Of a stretch of DNA of 64,000 nt, positions 19,495-29,901 are shown piece by piece. A program made the translations under genes and the position numbers. This stretch comes from Escherichia phage vB-Eco-KMB43: the sequence record OR525698.1; one strand, written 5' to 3'. Position 1 is the first letter of the stretch. Every line of letters starts with the position of its first letter. The notes beneath the pieces were generated by a model. It saw only the letters and a program-made list of their open reading frames with translations, searched no databases and had not been told where the DNA came from.

Positions 19495-20073
19495 TTACCA
19501 CCTTTCTATAATCTTTTTAAGTCGTTTCCTTTCTGTCTGGTTCTTAGTAACACCCGCCAAAAGTTCATCGGTCGCATACGGTTTAATGTGCTTCAATAAC
19601 TTGTCCATATATCCCTTTTCATTAGCCAAATCGAGATAAAACCGGGCGTCATCCATATTTACACAATATGCTTTCGCCACTGCCATTAAAACCAATTTTT
19701 GGTCCAATTCTTCTGTTAGTTTAGCCCATTTACCGTATCGTTTCCCCTTAGAAATACTCTGTAAGAGATAATCAAAATGCATTTGATCTGGGAGGCCATG
19801 ACCGATTAAATTCATCACATACGCGCTATATAGGCAATCTGCGTGCTGGGAAAGAGCGGTGTTAATCCATCTCTGGTTATATGCAGAATTGTTTCCCACA
19901 TTAACGCGCTGTTTATCTAAGGTGATATGATCCATCAGAGCAAATAATGCATTGTCGGTTTTCTCGGTGAATGTATCCGCTAATTCAGACACCTTTTCCC
20001 AATCACGAGAGCGCCATGCAATTTCATGCTCGTTTAATTGTGTATCATCTTCACCGAAAAATTGACCTAACAT
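19495..20073 (-). CDS. 62: clamp loader small subunit
   Basis: 192 aa ORF immediately upstream of regA and downstream of 44, as in T4. Confidence 0.7.
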   Translation of the reverse strand: MLGQFFGEDDTQLNEHEIAWRSRDWEKVSELADTFTEKTDNALFALMDHITLDKQRVNVGNNSAYNQRWINTALSQHADCLYSAYVMNLIGHGLPDQMHFDYLLQSISKGKRYGKWAKLTEELDQKLVLMAVAKAYCVNMDDARFYLDLANEKGYMDKLLKHIKPYATDELLAGVTKNQTERKRLKKIIERW

Positions 20074-21047
20074 TATACGAACTCCAATTCAACCATTAAT
20101 TGCATTAACAAAAAGACAATGTGAATCTCTTTATCAGCCGCGTGCGCAAACATCTGATTATTTTCACCGATAATCTCAGTGAGACGAATAATAGAAGCTG
20201 GCTTAACTTGAGTATACAACTCATTATAAAGTTTCTTGACAAATTGAGCGTATGTATTGGTATAGCGTGGCGCGAGTTTACGCACATTAGCAAACTGTTT
20301 AGTTTTAAGTGCTTCCACCACATCGGTTACTTCGGTATTGCTACTTTCGATAACCATGCTCAATACGCCAGCATCAATTTTACCATGTTTAGCGTAGCGG
20401 TCCAAAAGTTTCATTACGCGTCGGAAGTCTGGGAAGTTCTGCTTAACCAATTCCGCTAATACGCGCATTTCTTCTACTGGCACACCTTCTTTATCAAGAA
20501 TTGCTTTACACCGGACGATCATTTCTTTCATCATGCGAAGCTGATCATCTTTAGTCGGAGATCCAAACGTGATGGGATCAAATCGAGATCGCAATGCCGG
20601 GATAATACCTTCTAGATCGTTTGCTGTGATAATGAATGTCACGTTGTTTGAGTATGCCTCAGAGAAACTACGCAAGTGTCTTTGAGCGTCAGCCAACCCC
20701 GCTCGGTCATACTCATCGATAATAACAACTTTGCCTTTTTCTCTTTTTTCTTCATCGAGTGATACACTCTGCGCAAAGCGTGTAATCTCATCGCGGATAA
20801 AATCAATCTTACAATCTGCTCCGTTAACAAACAGATAATCAACACCCACATCTTCGCAAAGCGCCTTAGCAACGGTTGTTTTACCAGTACCTGGCGATGG
20901 GCTATGCAGGATCATAGAAGGGATTCGGCCTTGCTTAACAATCTGCGCGAAGATCTTTTTATCTGCTTCCGGCAGAATACATTCAGAAATTGATTTCGGA
21001 CGGTACTTCTGTTCCCACTGAAACTCATTTTCATTAACACTCAGCAT
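20073..21047 (-). CDS. 44: clamp loader large subunit (AAA+)
   Basis: HSPSPGTGKTTVAKALC Walker A; N-terminus aligns with T4 gp44 from ATG at 21047; track start is GTG. Confidence 0.85.
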   Translation of the reverse strand: MLSVNENEFQWEQKYRPKSISECILPEADKKIFAQIVKQGRIPSMILHSPSPGTGKTTVAKALCEDVGVDYLFVNGADCKIDFIRDEITRFAQSVSLDEEKREKGKVVIIDEYDRAGLADAQRHLRSFSEAYSNNVTFIITANDLEGIIPALRSRFDPITFGSPTKDDQLRMMKEMIVRCKAILDKEGVPVEEMRVLAELVKQNFPDFRRVMKLLDRYAKHGKIDAGVLSMVIESSNTEVTDVVEALKTKQFANVRKLAPRYTNTYAQFVKKLYNELYTQVKPASIIRLTEIIGENNQMFAHAADKEIHIVFLLMQLMVELEFV

Positions 21048-21112
21048 ATAATCACCTCTCACAAATTACATCATTAAAACGGGGAGTATTTACACTCCCC
21101 ACAAACATTATA

Positions 21113-21799
21113 TTAGTCGGTGTAGCTGGAGTCAAGGTCACACGCGATCATATAAGATACGGTTTCACTTGCCAGCCATACAGCCTTACGGCGAGTGAAG
21201 CTCAGTTTGTAATCTCCGAAGTCCGTAGCAACCAGTTTCATGTTATCTTTACGAATAAAGAAATGGAAGTCGGCGGTTCCGGTATATTCGCCCATATCAA
21301 GACAAAACATCTCATTAGGATTGTTTTTGTCAATCTCTTCCCAACCTTTGATCATCAGACGACCATCAATCGGAAGAAATTCAAGGCGGTCCACTTTAAG
21401 CTGATTGCTCATTTTCATAAGCTGTTTCAGATCGTCGTTGCTCAGTTCGTAATCTACATCGCTTGCAGGTGGAGTAACTCGGCCTTTCGGTGATACGATA
21501 GCGGCAGCACTAGCACCAGGATAATTAATTTTCAGACGATCATTAGACACACGAATGTTACCAGTGCGGTTATCAACCGTAATATCTGCTTCATCGCCTA
21601 CCAGATTCAGAATACCCAGGAAAGAGTTAAGATCATAGATCCCGATTTCGTGTTCCAGTTCTTGATTCAGAGTCGCTTCACCATATACAACGTTTGTCAT
21701 GTTTTTGGTGATTAGGACGTTTCCTTTTTTCAGGATGATACCTGGGTTAATAGCGGAAAAGTTTTTCAGGGTAGCAATGGTTTCTTTAGTCAGTTTCAT
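21113..21799 (-). CDS. 45: sliding clamp
   Basis: N-terminus MKLTKETIATLKNFSAIN matches T4 gp45; ATG at 21799. Confidence 0.85.
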   Translation of the reverse strand: MKLTKETIATLKNFSAINPGIILKKGNVLITKNMTNVVYGEATLNQELEHEIGIYDLNSFLGILNLVGDEADITVDNRTGNIRVSNDRLKINYPGASAAAIVSPKGRVTPPASDVDYELSNDDLKQLMKMSNQLKVDRLEFLPIDGRLMIKGWEEIDKNNPNEMFCLDMGEYTGTADFHFFIRKDNMKLVATDFGDYKLSFTRRKAVWLASETVSYMIACDLDSSYTD

Positions 21800-21829
21800 C
21801 AAATCACCTTTATCATGTTAATCAATTAA

Positions 21830-22207
21830 TTACGGGTTTACTGCGTGTTCGTTACGAATCTTGAGCATTTTGTTTTGGAAGTTTTCCGCAGCTTGCTCAT
21901 CAATAGCATGAGTATACTTAAATCCAATGTATGCTGTCAAGTATTGTTGCAGAGCATAGACAGTAACAGGATTCTTTGCGGTCTTCTTGCCTTCGAGATA
22001 TATCAGATCACCACGAACATCAAACGCAAGTTTACGACGAATCACATTATCAACAAACTCATCAACAACAAAATGCCAAATGTTGCTATCGGTTCCAATA
22101 TCAAAATTAATCACACAGCCTTGTTTGACATAATCAAACGGTATCGGGAATAGTTTATAGTCAAGTTCGATAAACATTAATTGTTCTTTTAAGCTCATAC
22201 GTTTCAT
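21830..22207 (-). CDS. hypothetical protein (T4 rpbA position)
   Basis: ORF upstream of gene 45; start chosen at ATG 22207. Confidence 0.35.
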   Translation of the reverse strand: MKRMSLKEQLMFIELDYKLFPIPFDYVKQGCVINFDIGTDSNIWHFVVDEFVDNVIRRKLAFDVRGDLIYLEGKKTAKNPVTVYALQQYLTAYIGFKYTHAIDEQAAENFQNKMLKIRNEHAVNP

Positions 22208-22211
22208 TCTA

Positions 22212-22604
22212 TCACTTCCCATCAGCAATTGCGATCAGACGAGTTACTACTACGCTAGCGGCTTCAATCAGCAGTTCATCAGTGTCAATCTGATAACCCT
22301 TTTCGAGAATATCTTTACCTCGAATAGTTTTAGCGCCTTTAGCAATTGAATCATCGTAATACTTGCGCATTGCCGCGATCCATTCTTTTTGCACCATATC
22401 ATCAATATGCGCGTACAGTTCAAAGCGTGCTTGCTGCGGGATAACCTTCATTTTAGCTTTCTCGCTTTCTGGCATTTGTAGTACCCACGCTTTACGGATC
22501 TTGTTCATTGCTCGGTCAAATTCGAGACTGGTTTTCTTGTTCTGAATGTCTGCTACAGTAATTTTAGCCAGGTTTGCGGAAGTAGTCATAATATTAATCT
22601 CCAA
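22212..22604 (-). CDS. hypothetical protein (130 aa)
   Basis: ORF between 46 and 45. Confidence 0.4.
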   Translation of the reverse strand: MEINIMTTSANLAKITVADIQNKKTSLEFDRAMNKIRKAWVLQMPESEKAKMKVIPQQARFELYAHIDDMVQKEWIAAMRKYYDDSIAKGAKTIRGKDILEKGYQIDTDELLIEAASVVVTRLIAIADGK

Positions 22605-22619
22605 AATAAAATCAGTATA

Positions 22620-22850
22620 TCACGTTCTAAAGTTTGTTGCAACCCCAGCATCAGGGTAATCAAGTTTATCAAAGTTGGGGACCAGCATAAACTCATGATG
22701 ACGACAAGACAACATTTTTGTTATGTCTGCATCGCTGTATATGCTGTTTTTCATATCCCCCATACTAACTACATATTCTTCACCGGAATATAGATTGATT
22801 AAGGTATACAATTCTAACTCCGGCTGCGTCACTCTGTCAAATGTTAACAT
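22620..22850 (-). CDS. hypothetical protein (76 aa)
   Basis: small ORF overlapping the 3' end of gene 46. Confidence 0.3.
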   Translation of the reverse strand: MLTFDRVTQPELELYTLINLYSGEEYVVSMGDMKNSIYSDADITKMLSCRHHEFMLVPNFDKLDYPDAGVATNFRT

Positions 22851-24519
22851 TCATTTCAGTGAATCGCCCACGTTTAACCATCTTGAGATGACGGCTAAAA
22901 TCATCAGGGTTATGGTCACGATGGCTGATAATATACACGTTATCATCTAACTTGTCAATGATGGAATCAAGTGCTTTTACGCCTTGAACATCCGTAGCCC
23001 CATCATAAATTTCGTCGAGTACCAACAAAGAAATATTAGTACCAGATACTTTACCAGCAACATCACGCCATGTAAAGAGCATCGCAAGGTCAATACGTGC
23101 CTTTTCGCCTTGACTGAATGATGTATACGAAAACGATTCACGCCCCCGTGATTTGATTGTTTCGTTAAACTCTTCATCTAGCGTAAAGATATAATCCGCT
23201 TCCATAATATCAAGATAATACGCAATCCGATCATTGAAATATGGAATATATTTCTTGACGATAGACGCCTTAACACCGGAATCCTTCAACATTTCTGTTA
23301 CAAATCCACGGTGATATTTTTCAAGAACTAGCTTTGATTTTTCATTAGTAATCTCTACCAGTTCGTGTTCCAGTTTAGCAAGTTCTTCGGAATTGTCAAC
23401 CCTTTCTTTTTGCAATTCCTGCATTGCTTTCTGGATCTGTTTAGCACGACCTACAGATGCCGTTAAATTCGCTCTCTGTGACTCTATATCGCGTTTAATT
23501 TCCAAGACCTTAGTTTGTGCTGCCTGGAAAGAATTTGCTTTCTCGGCGTATTCTACGCGTTTCTCGTCAATCAGAGACAGTTTATGTTCCGCTTGTGCTT
23601 TTTGTTCGCGTACAGTCTGATCATTACCCTGAATGATCGGTTGTGTGCACGTAGGACAGATCCCGCCTTTCTCGTGCATATGGATAACACGGTCAAAGTT
23701 CTGGATCTGCGCACCAATCTGTGCGATAGCAGTATTAATTTTAGCCAATACCGCGCTAGGATCTTCCGGCATGACAACAGCCAATAGCTCATCGGTCAAG
23801 CGCGTTTCTTCGGCTTTAAATGCTTTAGCCGATTCTACCTCTTTATCATACATATTCTGTAAACGCTGGAGATTCTCGGCACTCGCCTTGCTAGCGTCTT
23901 CTATGTACTTTTTATGAGTGTTGATTTGTTGCTGAACGTGATTAGCTTTCATTTCCTGCATTTGGATATTCTGGGTAATCTCGCGCACATACGCTTTATT
24001 CAGTTTATCCATTTCGCCTAGCGTAGCAATATCAAGCAAATCCTCGACCAGTTTACGGCGACCCGCTGCCGGAAGACTCATAAACGGAACATAACCAGCA
24101 GTGCCTAAAACAACGATCTGTTTGAAGCTGGCTAGGTTCATGCCTATGATACCTTCAAAATATTCCTGAAAGTCTTTGGTGCTTGCGCTCTCGTCGATCT
24201 TTTGACCGTCGCGATGCACTTCGAATACTTCCGGTTTTTGACCACGTTTTATATAAAACTCTTTCCCGTCCAGTTCAAACCAGACTTCGACTAACAGTTT
24301 CTTTTTGTTGACGCTGTTAATCAATTGGCCTTTCTTGATACTACGAAACGGTTTACCGAACAACACAAAGCAAAGCGCCTCGATCATTGTTGATTTACCA
24401 GCACCGTTAACACCAGTGATTAGTGTCTTTTTGAATCCGTCTAGCTGAATCTCAACAGGTTCAGCACCCACGCTCATTATATTTTGATAGCGCAAGGTTT
24501 TAAAATTTAACTTTGCCAT
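22837..24519 (-). CDS. 46: recombination nuclease subunit, Rad50/SbcC-like ATPase
   Basis: N-terminus MAKLNFKTLRYQNIMSVG and Walker A GVNGAGKS align with T4 gp46; ATG at 24519; track start is TTG. Confidence 0.85.
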   Translation of the reverse strand: MAKLNFKTLRYQNIMSVGAEPVEIQLDGFKKTLITGVNGAGKSTMIEALCFVLFGKPFRSIKKGQLINSVNKKKLLVEVWFELDGKEFYIKRGQKPEVFEVHRDGQKIDESASTKDFQEYFEGIIGMNLASFKQIVVLGTAGYVPFMSLPAAGRRKLVEDLLDIATLGEMDKLNKAYVREITQNIQMQEMKANHVQQQINTHKKYIEDASKASAENLQRLQNMYDKEVESAKAFKAEETRLTDELLAVVMPEDPSAVLAKINTAIAQIGAQIQNFDRVIHMHEKGGICPTCTQPIIQGNDQTVREQKAQAEHKLSLIDEKRVEYAEKANSFQAAQTKVLEIKRDIESQRANLTASVGRAKQIQKAMQELQKERVDNSEELAKLEHELVEITNEKSKLVLEKYHRGFVTEMLKDSGVKASIVKKYIPYFNDRIAYYLDIMEADYIFTLDEEFNETIKSRGRESFSYTSFSQGEKARIDLAMLFTWRDVAGKVSGTNISLLVLDEIYDGATDVQGVKALDSIIDKLDDNVYIISHRDHNPDDFSRHLKMVKRGRFTEMNVNI

Positions 24520-24763
24520 TAATCCACTCCGCAATCACACATTCCATAATATTAAATGCTAACACATCTTCATCAATGTTGTAAACACTTGCCGCCTTCA
24601 CTTTAACTAGTGTGTCTCTGCGATCTGGCAACATGATCACATAATCCAGTGTCGCCGGATCATATGTCATAAAGGGATCAACATAAATCCCTTTATTCAA
24701 TGCTAGATATTCGCGAAGACCTTCTATAACCCTGTGTCTAAGGTAGGTCATCGATAGAATCAT
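24500..24763 (-). CDS. hypothetical protein (87 aa)
   Basis: ORF inserted between 47 and 46. Confidence 0.35.
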   Translation of the reverse strand: MILSMTYLRHRVIEGLREYLALNKGIYVDPFMTYDPATLDYVIMLPDRRDTLVKVKAASVYNIDEDVLAFNIMECVIAEWINGKVKF

Positions 24764-25356
24764 TTTAGTTTATGTTCCTCTAAAAATTCTTCAATTTCAC
24801 CTTGCAGGTCTTCCGCTTGTTGTTCCAGAATATCGCGAAATTCACCTACAGTCAAGCGATAATCACACTTCACCAGTCGATGTGGGAGAATATACCCTTT
24901 ATACATCGTCTCTGACGCTTCCAGGAATACCCCACTATGCATGACAGAGATCCAACCTGTTAGCGTCAATGGAGTATTCGGAAAATAATATTTGCTGGAT
25001 TGTTTCCACTGGACGAAAGCACCATATACAATCGGATTATATTCACCAACCACACTCTTAATAATGGATTCTACTTTGTCTTTTACAAAGTCGCCAATGC
25101 CCATAGTCACCATCAATTCTTGTGGGTGAATCACTTTAAGGTAACGACGGTAGCCGTCATCATACCACAGCTTAACCACTGGCTGACCCCACATTTTAGC
25201 AATACGCGCTTTCAGATAACCATAGATCGGATTCTTGTAATATGATTGTTTTAGTGTGTACGCGTGCACCAATTCAATAAAATATTCCATTGCTATCGAA
25301 TCAGGATCAGCCGCGACCATAGTCGTATTCATAATATGTTCCTCGTTCAATTTCAT
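24760..25356 (-). CDS. hypothetical protein (198 aa)
   Basis: ORF inserted between 47 and 46. Confidence 0.4.
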   Translation of the reverse strand: MKLNEEHIMNTTMVAADPDSIAMEYFIELVHAYTLKQSYYKNPIYGYLKARIAKMWGQPVVKLWYDDGYRRYLKVIHPQELMVTMGIGDFVKDKVESIIKSVVGEYNPIVYGAFVQWKQSSKYYFPNTPLTLTGWISVMHSGVFLEASETMYKGYILPHRLVKCDYRLTVGEFRDILEQQAEDLQGEIEEFLEEHKLK

Positions 25357-25624
25357 ATTGTTTCAGGTCTTCTAAAAGTTCATCCACTGCTTGTTTCAGT
25401 GTATGACGTAGCGTAAAGTAATAGCTTTCATCAAATTCTATTTCCGCGCGAGGAATAGAGCGAAACTTACACTTAACGGTAGTATCAGTGAGTCGCTTTT
25501 CGACCATCATCCGAACTTCTTCATGCTCTTTGGAATACCATACATCAACGGAGATCCCCTTGCGTCGAGCAAACATAGGCAACGCGGCATTAAATTCCAT
25601 TACTTTTTGTGCAAGTGTTTTCAT
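25307..25624 (-). CDS. hypothetical protein (105 aa)
   Basis: ORF inserted between 47 and 46. Confidence 0.35.
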   Translation of the reverse strand: MKTLAQKVMEFNAALPMFARRKGISVDVWYSKEHEEVRMMVEKRLTDTTVKCKFRSIPRAEIEFDESYYFTLRHTLKQAVDELLEDLKQYEIERGTYYEYDYGRG

Positions 25625-25884
25625 CGTACAGACCCCATAGACCCACGAGCAATAACATTCTGGGTAATATCAGCAACCTTACGAGATACGATGTTTGTTA
25701 GCCCCTCTTTGGTGATATTTTCACGATCAAATGGGATTTCGTCATGAGTCCACAAACCATAGTTAGACCGAAATGATAGCATATACTGACCATCTCGCAC
25801 AACCTCAAATACATGGATCTTAGTGAATTTCGATAAACCTTCGTTGATTTCTTTCAGTGCATTAGTAATCATAACAACCTCCAA
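25621..25884 (-). CDS. hypothetical protein (87 aa)
   Basis: ORF with own promoter-hairpin cassette upstream. Confidence 0.35.
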   Translation of the reverse strand: MEVVMITNALKEINEGLSKFTKIHVFEVVRDGQYMLSFRSNYGLWTHDEIPFDRENITKEGLTNIVSRKVADITQNVIARGSMGSVR

Positions 25885-25897
25885 TCAATTTTTAGAG

Positions 25898-25926
25898 AGT
25901 ATAACGGGGATTTCTCCCCGCGTCAA
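25898..25926 (-). promoter_or_regulatory. promoter-hairpin cassette (TTGACG, hairpin CGGGGAGAAATCCCCG as spacer, TATACT)
   Basis: 17 nt spacer is almost entirely a GC hairpin. Confidence 0.5.
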
Positions 25927-26952
25927 CTAACTTTTTGCGTTATTCACTTCGGCTAAAAGTTCATCAGAAATACGCTTGACCGCCGCAAGTTCTTCCGGTT
26001 CTAGGTTTTGTTCTTCCAGATATTCATAGACCATCTGAATAGTGCTTTTAACTTCAATAACACCTGTTTCCTGTGATGCGCTACTCTCCAGTTTATGGAC
26101 CACTTTTAGCTTGTGTACAACGGCCTCTAACGCGCTTTCTAACTTAGTTAATCCATTATCAGCGACCGTTGCGATAAGACGCACACTAAGCCCTTTAAAG
26201 CGTTCTACATCGATTTTATCATCTGACGGGTAAGTGATACGCACATGATAAGTTTTGTCATTCTGAATAAACTCTTTTTTGTGTGTATCGGTATCGAATA
26301 CCCAAAAACCACGCGGATCGTTTTCGTCACCCGCCGTTAGTGTGTATGGTGTACCAATATACGTTACGTTACCGCCATCACTGATAGTATGAAAGTGACC
26401 CGAAAACACTTCACGGTATTTCTTGAGGAAGTCCGCGCTATAACCTTCGGATTTTAGCCCTTTATAGAAATAGTAACCGGACAATTCCCAATGGCCTACA
26501 CAATATTCGCTGAATGAGTTTTGAATAAACTCTAAAACCTCTGATTTATTGTCATCACAAAACCACGGGAACAGATCAAATGATACACCATCAAAGGTAA
26601 CTGTTTCCGGTTTATCGATAACCTTAATGCAATCATACTGGCTTAACACTTCACGCGGTGCGTTAGGCTGGATCTTGTTTCGTTTAAACATATCATGATT
26701 CCCGACCGTTATATAACAAGTAATACCAGCCTCTTCCAGTAACGGGATGACCTTAGTACGGTTAAATTTCATGGTTTCATGGGTAATTGCTTTTCGGCAA
26801 TCAAACCAATCCCCTGTTTGAATCCATGTCTTAATATTATGCTCTTTGGAGTATTCAACCGCTTTCTTGATGGTATCAAGAATATACTCATGCACCCACG
26901 GATCATCGCCACCGATACCAGTATGCAGATCACCTAAAAGCAAAATTTTCAT
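25927..26952 (-). CDS. 47: recombination nuclease subunit, Mre11/SbcD-like phosphoesterase
   Basis: 341 aa; calcineurin-like motifs GDLHTG, GNHD. Confidence 0.85.
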   Translation of the reverse strand: MKILLLGDLHTGIGGDDPWVHEYILDTIKKAVEYSKEHNIKTWIQTGDWFDCRKAITHETMKFNRTKVIPLLEEAGITCYITVGNHDMFKRNKIQPNAPREVLSQYDCIKVIDKPETVTFDGVSFDLFPWFCDDNKSEVLEFIQNSFSEYCVGHWELSGYYFYKGLKSEGYSADFLKKYREVFSGHFHTISDGGNVTYIGTPYTLTAGDENDPRGFWVFDTDTHKKEFIQNDKTYHVRITYPSDDKIDVERFKGLSVRLIATVADNGLTKLESALEAVVHKLKVVHKLESSASQETGVIEVKSTIQMVYEYLEEQNLEPEELAAVKRISDELLAEVNNAKS

Positions 26953-26993
26953 AGTCTCTTCCTCTCTTCGTTTTCGATGCTCTCACTATATCA

Positions 26994-27020
26994 CAGAAAA
27001 ATAAAAAGGGAAACCCCTTT
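26994..27020 (-). terminator. rho-independent terminator
   Basis: AAAGGG-GTTT-CCCTTT hairpin then TTATTTTT on minus strand. Confidence 0.45.
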
Positions 27021-27043
27021 CAGAGTCTCCCTTATAAAAGCCA

Positions 27044-27331
27044 TTACAGCATACTTAATACCGTTTGCCGTGTACTAATCCACATAGCAGAAAGCAGTTC
27101 TGGCGTGTGTGGCTGTTTGTAGATATCACGTAATTTTCCGATAGCGTAGATATACGCATCACGATTATCATCGATGATAGCTTGTTCAGCCCACCGCTTA
27201 AGGCGTGCAATCTCTCGCGAGTTCTTACGCAAGATCTTTTCCGCTTTCTTAGCGGCTTTAGCCTCTAGTTCTGCTTGTACTTTGTCTACTTCATTCACTG
27301 CAATCTGGTCATGCTGTTCATCGTAAGTCAT
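27044..27331 (-). CDS. hypothetical protein (95 aa)
   Basis: ORF between 55 and 47, where T4 has alpha-gt. Confidence 0.35.
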   Translation of the reverse strand: MTYDEQHDQIAVNEVDKVQAELEAKAAKKAEKILRKNSREIARLKRWAEQAIIDDNRDAYIYAIGKLRDIYKQPHTPELLSAMWISTRQTVLSML

Positions 27332-27332
27332 G

Positions 27333-27566
27333 TTATTTTCCTTCTGGGATATAGTCGATGATTAAAGAAAATTCATCTTCTGATACATTATAGCTATGTG
27401 AGATTGTACCCGTCAAGACCTCAAGATCCGGTGATTTGATATTGCACGGATCGATAATCACCGGAACGCCGCAATCTCTCAAAAATAATTTGGCGAAATA
27501 CGGCACAAGGTCAGTTTCAAACTCTGCTTCTTCCAGCAAACGGGAAATGTTAATTTTCAATCTCAT
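27333..27566 (-). CDS. hypothetical protein (77 aa)
   Basis: ORF between 55 and 47. Confidence 0.3.
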   Translation of the reverse strand: MRLKINISRLLEEAEFETDLVPYFAKLFLRDCGVPVIIDPCNIKSPDLEVLTGTISHSYNVSEDEFSLIIDYIPEGK

Positions 27567-28083
27567 AAAATTGGTCCAAGCTAGGCAATTCCTCGGTCAA
27601 TACATCTTCAACCTTTGGCGCTTTCGGTTTATTGACCGATTCCTCGTAGTTGTTGATTTTATCGTAAATGTCCTGTATGAATGCCTCATCAGCAATCTGG
27701 CACATATCAGCGTCGCGTTCGTCATATACATGATGCACAAAATATTTGTATTTTGCGGCTGTCGCTGTTCTCTCTTTTTTAATGCGCTGTACAAAAGCAT
27801 TAAAGCACGCTTGCGTGATGTAAGCATGAGGATTTTTATACTTTGTCTCGTCAAAATTAATCAAACCCTTGACCGCCGCTTCGATTCCATCGTCGATCAT
27901 TTCTTCGCGCCATGTTTGACTATAACCAGAAAAGTTAAAACGACGTGATAGATTTTTAGAGATTTGCATAATTGCCAGGCCGATTTGATCGCTCATTGGC
28001 ACTTGTCGACCTTCTGCCGCAATTCGTTGTTTCCAACGGCAAATTTCTTCGTAAAGCTCTTTATTGTTTACATAATCAGACAC
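27550..28083 (-). CDS. 55: late transcription sigma factor
   Basis: YVNNKEL...RFNFSGY...[22 protein letters not shown] nearly identical to T4 gp55; GTG start with GAGGGTG RBS. Confidence 0.85.
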   Translation of the reverse strand: MSDYVNNKELYEEICRWKQRIAAEGRQVPMSDQIGLAIMQISKNLSRRFNFSGYSQTWREEMIDDGIEAAVKGLINFDETKYKNPHAYITQACFNAFVQRIKKERTATAAKYKYFVHHVYDERDADMCQIADEAFIQDIYDKINNYEESVNKPKAPKVEDVLTEELPSLDQFYEIEN

Positions 28084-28123
28084 TTCGCACCCTCGCTATT
28101 ATTTAGGAAATAACCCTTTCGGG

Positions 28124-29593
28124 CTATTCCCCATTACCATTATACTTTCTTTGCTTAGTTATCCACACTCTAACCATCTCTACAGATTCACCGTCAGACG
28201 GATCAAGAGTTTTTCCTTTTTTCTTCATGCGGTACTTAAATCCGTTAAATCTTGCATTCTCTTGCTCGTTAAAATCGAACATCTTTTTAAATGATTTTCG
28301 CCCTTTACGCTCACCACATTCTAGCGGAATCATCCGATCTGTTATTACATTGGCATTAGGCAGAAACGTTTTTAGATAATCTACCAACGCCCAATCAGGA
28401 ACATATAGATTAACATTCTCCTTGCTCTCGTTGTCTCTCAAGTTACAACGCAAACATAATTGAAATGCTGGTTCCAGATAATCAGACACATGACGCGCTT
28501 TCAAAAACTCATTTGTTGGGAGATCACAACTATTAGCAAGACCTTTTAAAATATCAATCTCCCATCGTTGAGGGTTAAAGCTGAACATCACAGCAACATT
28601 TTTATGATGAATGTAAGAGTTAAGACCATAAGACCCGTAAGGTATCCGCTCACCAATACCATTTGTGCACGCTTCACGGTCCCGATTCACGGTATAAATG
28701 AAGTCATCACCACATTCATTTTTAACCATATCAACAAGACGTTCAAAGGTATTGTTTGTTTCTGACTGGTGACGCGACCATCGTTCGGAGTCCGTCATAA
28801 GGATGATATTAACTCTATCTGTATTTTTATACTCTTTGAAATATAGTCTGGATTCTAGCGCACTCGGAACAAAATCGCAATTTGCATAGTATCGTAGATA
28901 CTTCCCGCTATATGTATCAAAGAGATTTGCACATGCTATCGTAACCTTTTTAAAGTCTCCCCACGTACCGTGTTTGTTATCGTTCAAGAAAACAATTTTC
29001 GACCCATTCTTCCGGTGTCCTTCGTTATGTTTTACCATAACGTTGATTTTCTTCTCTAATAACGCCTCATAAAGCCCTCTAAGAGAAGAATCGATCATAT
29101 CAGTACCATCCTTCGCACTTTCTATCTTTTCTTTGATAGCGGCCTTCTCAGAGTCTTTTAGAACTAAGTTCTGTAGGCATTCCGATTCGTCGGCGATTGG
29201 TTCGCAATGCTTCGTGATAAGTTCAAGATTAGACTTAAACGGATACTCATTAAATTCAACCAGTTGAGGAACTTCATCAATGTAAAGAGCATAATCACCA
29301 AACATTTTTGAACGTTCCATATTAGATAACGCTGTATGTGTAATGAATATCACATCAGCACCATCTTTAACTGATTGCATTATCGACGCTTGCACTGTCT
29401 TAAGGCTTCTTAGTCTGGTGCTATCAATCAAGACAGCACGACCGCCCATTCTTTTAAACTTATTGTAAGATTGTTCACTTAAAACACGAGATGGCGAAGC
29501 AATAACCGCTTTTTCTTTTGTCTCTAGGACGTGGGAAAGTATAGCATCAGTTTTCCCCGCCGCTGGCAATGCGATTAATGTTTCAATCTTCAT
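28124..29593 (-). CDS. P-loop NTPase of unknown function (489 aa), Cys-rich C-terminal half
   Basis: Walker A ALPAAGKT at residues 8-15, SF2-like Ia PSRVLSEQ, Walker B LYIDEVPQ; no T4 counterpart recognised. Confidence 0.5.
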   Translation of the reverse strand: MKIETLIALPAAGKTDAILSHVLETKEKAVIASPSRVLSEQSYNKFKRMGGRAVLIDSTRLRSLKTVQASIMQSVKDGADVIFITHTALSNMERSKMFGDYALYIDEVPQLVEFNEYPFKSNLELITKHCEPIADESECLQNLVLKDSEKAAIKEKIESAKDGTDMIDSSLRGLYEALLEKKINVMVKHNEGHRKNGSKIVFLNDNKHGTWGDFKKVTIACANLFDTYSGKYLRYYANCDFVPSALESRLYFKEYKNTDRVNIILMTDSERWSRHQSETNNTFERLVDMVKNECGDDFIYTVNRDREACTNGIGERIPYGSYGLNSYIHHKNVAVMFSFNPQRWEIDILKGLANSCDLPTNEFLKARHVSDYLEPAFQLCLRCNLRDNESKENVNLYVPDWALVDYLKTFLPNANVITDRMIPLECGERKGRKSFKKMFDFNEQENARFNGFKYRMKKKGKTLDPSDGESVEMVRVWITKQRKYNGNGE

Positions 29594-29880
29594 TAGAAAC
29601 CCTTACGTCGTGCTTTCTGGCATTTCTTGATCATTTTATCAGAAATTTCGCGCTTAGGTGCAATCTCTTTCACACCGAAAGCACTAATGCCAAATTCAGA
29701 GAGAATATATTCAACTAACAATTCACGCACACGCGCTTTACCGATATTCACGCCGTTATTTTTCAGATATGTCTGGCCTTCGACTTGCATCAGATCTAAA
29801 TCTGCGTCGGTAATATTGATTTCTTCCATGCGCCCAAATCGAGAATAAACCATGTGTGCGATTGCATTGTGTACCAACAT
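29593..29880 (-). CDS. hypothetical protein (about 95 aa)
   Basis: stop overlaps start of the NTPase (TAATG); ATG at 29880 with GAGGA RBS. Confidence 0.35.
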   Translation of the reverse strand: MLVHNAIAHMVYSRFGRMEEINITDADLDLMQVEGQTYLKNNGVNIGKARVRELLVEYILSEFGISAFGVKEIAPKREISDKMIKKCQKARRKGF

Positions 29881-29901
29881 AATATATTCCTCACTCAAGA
29901 A

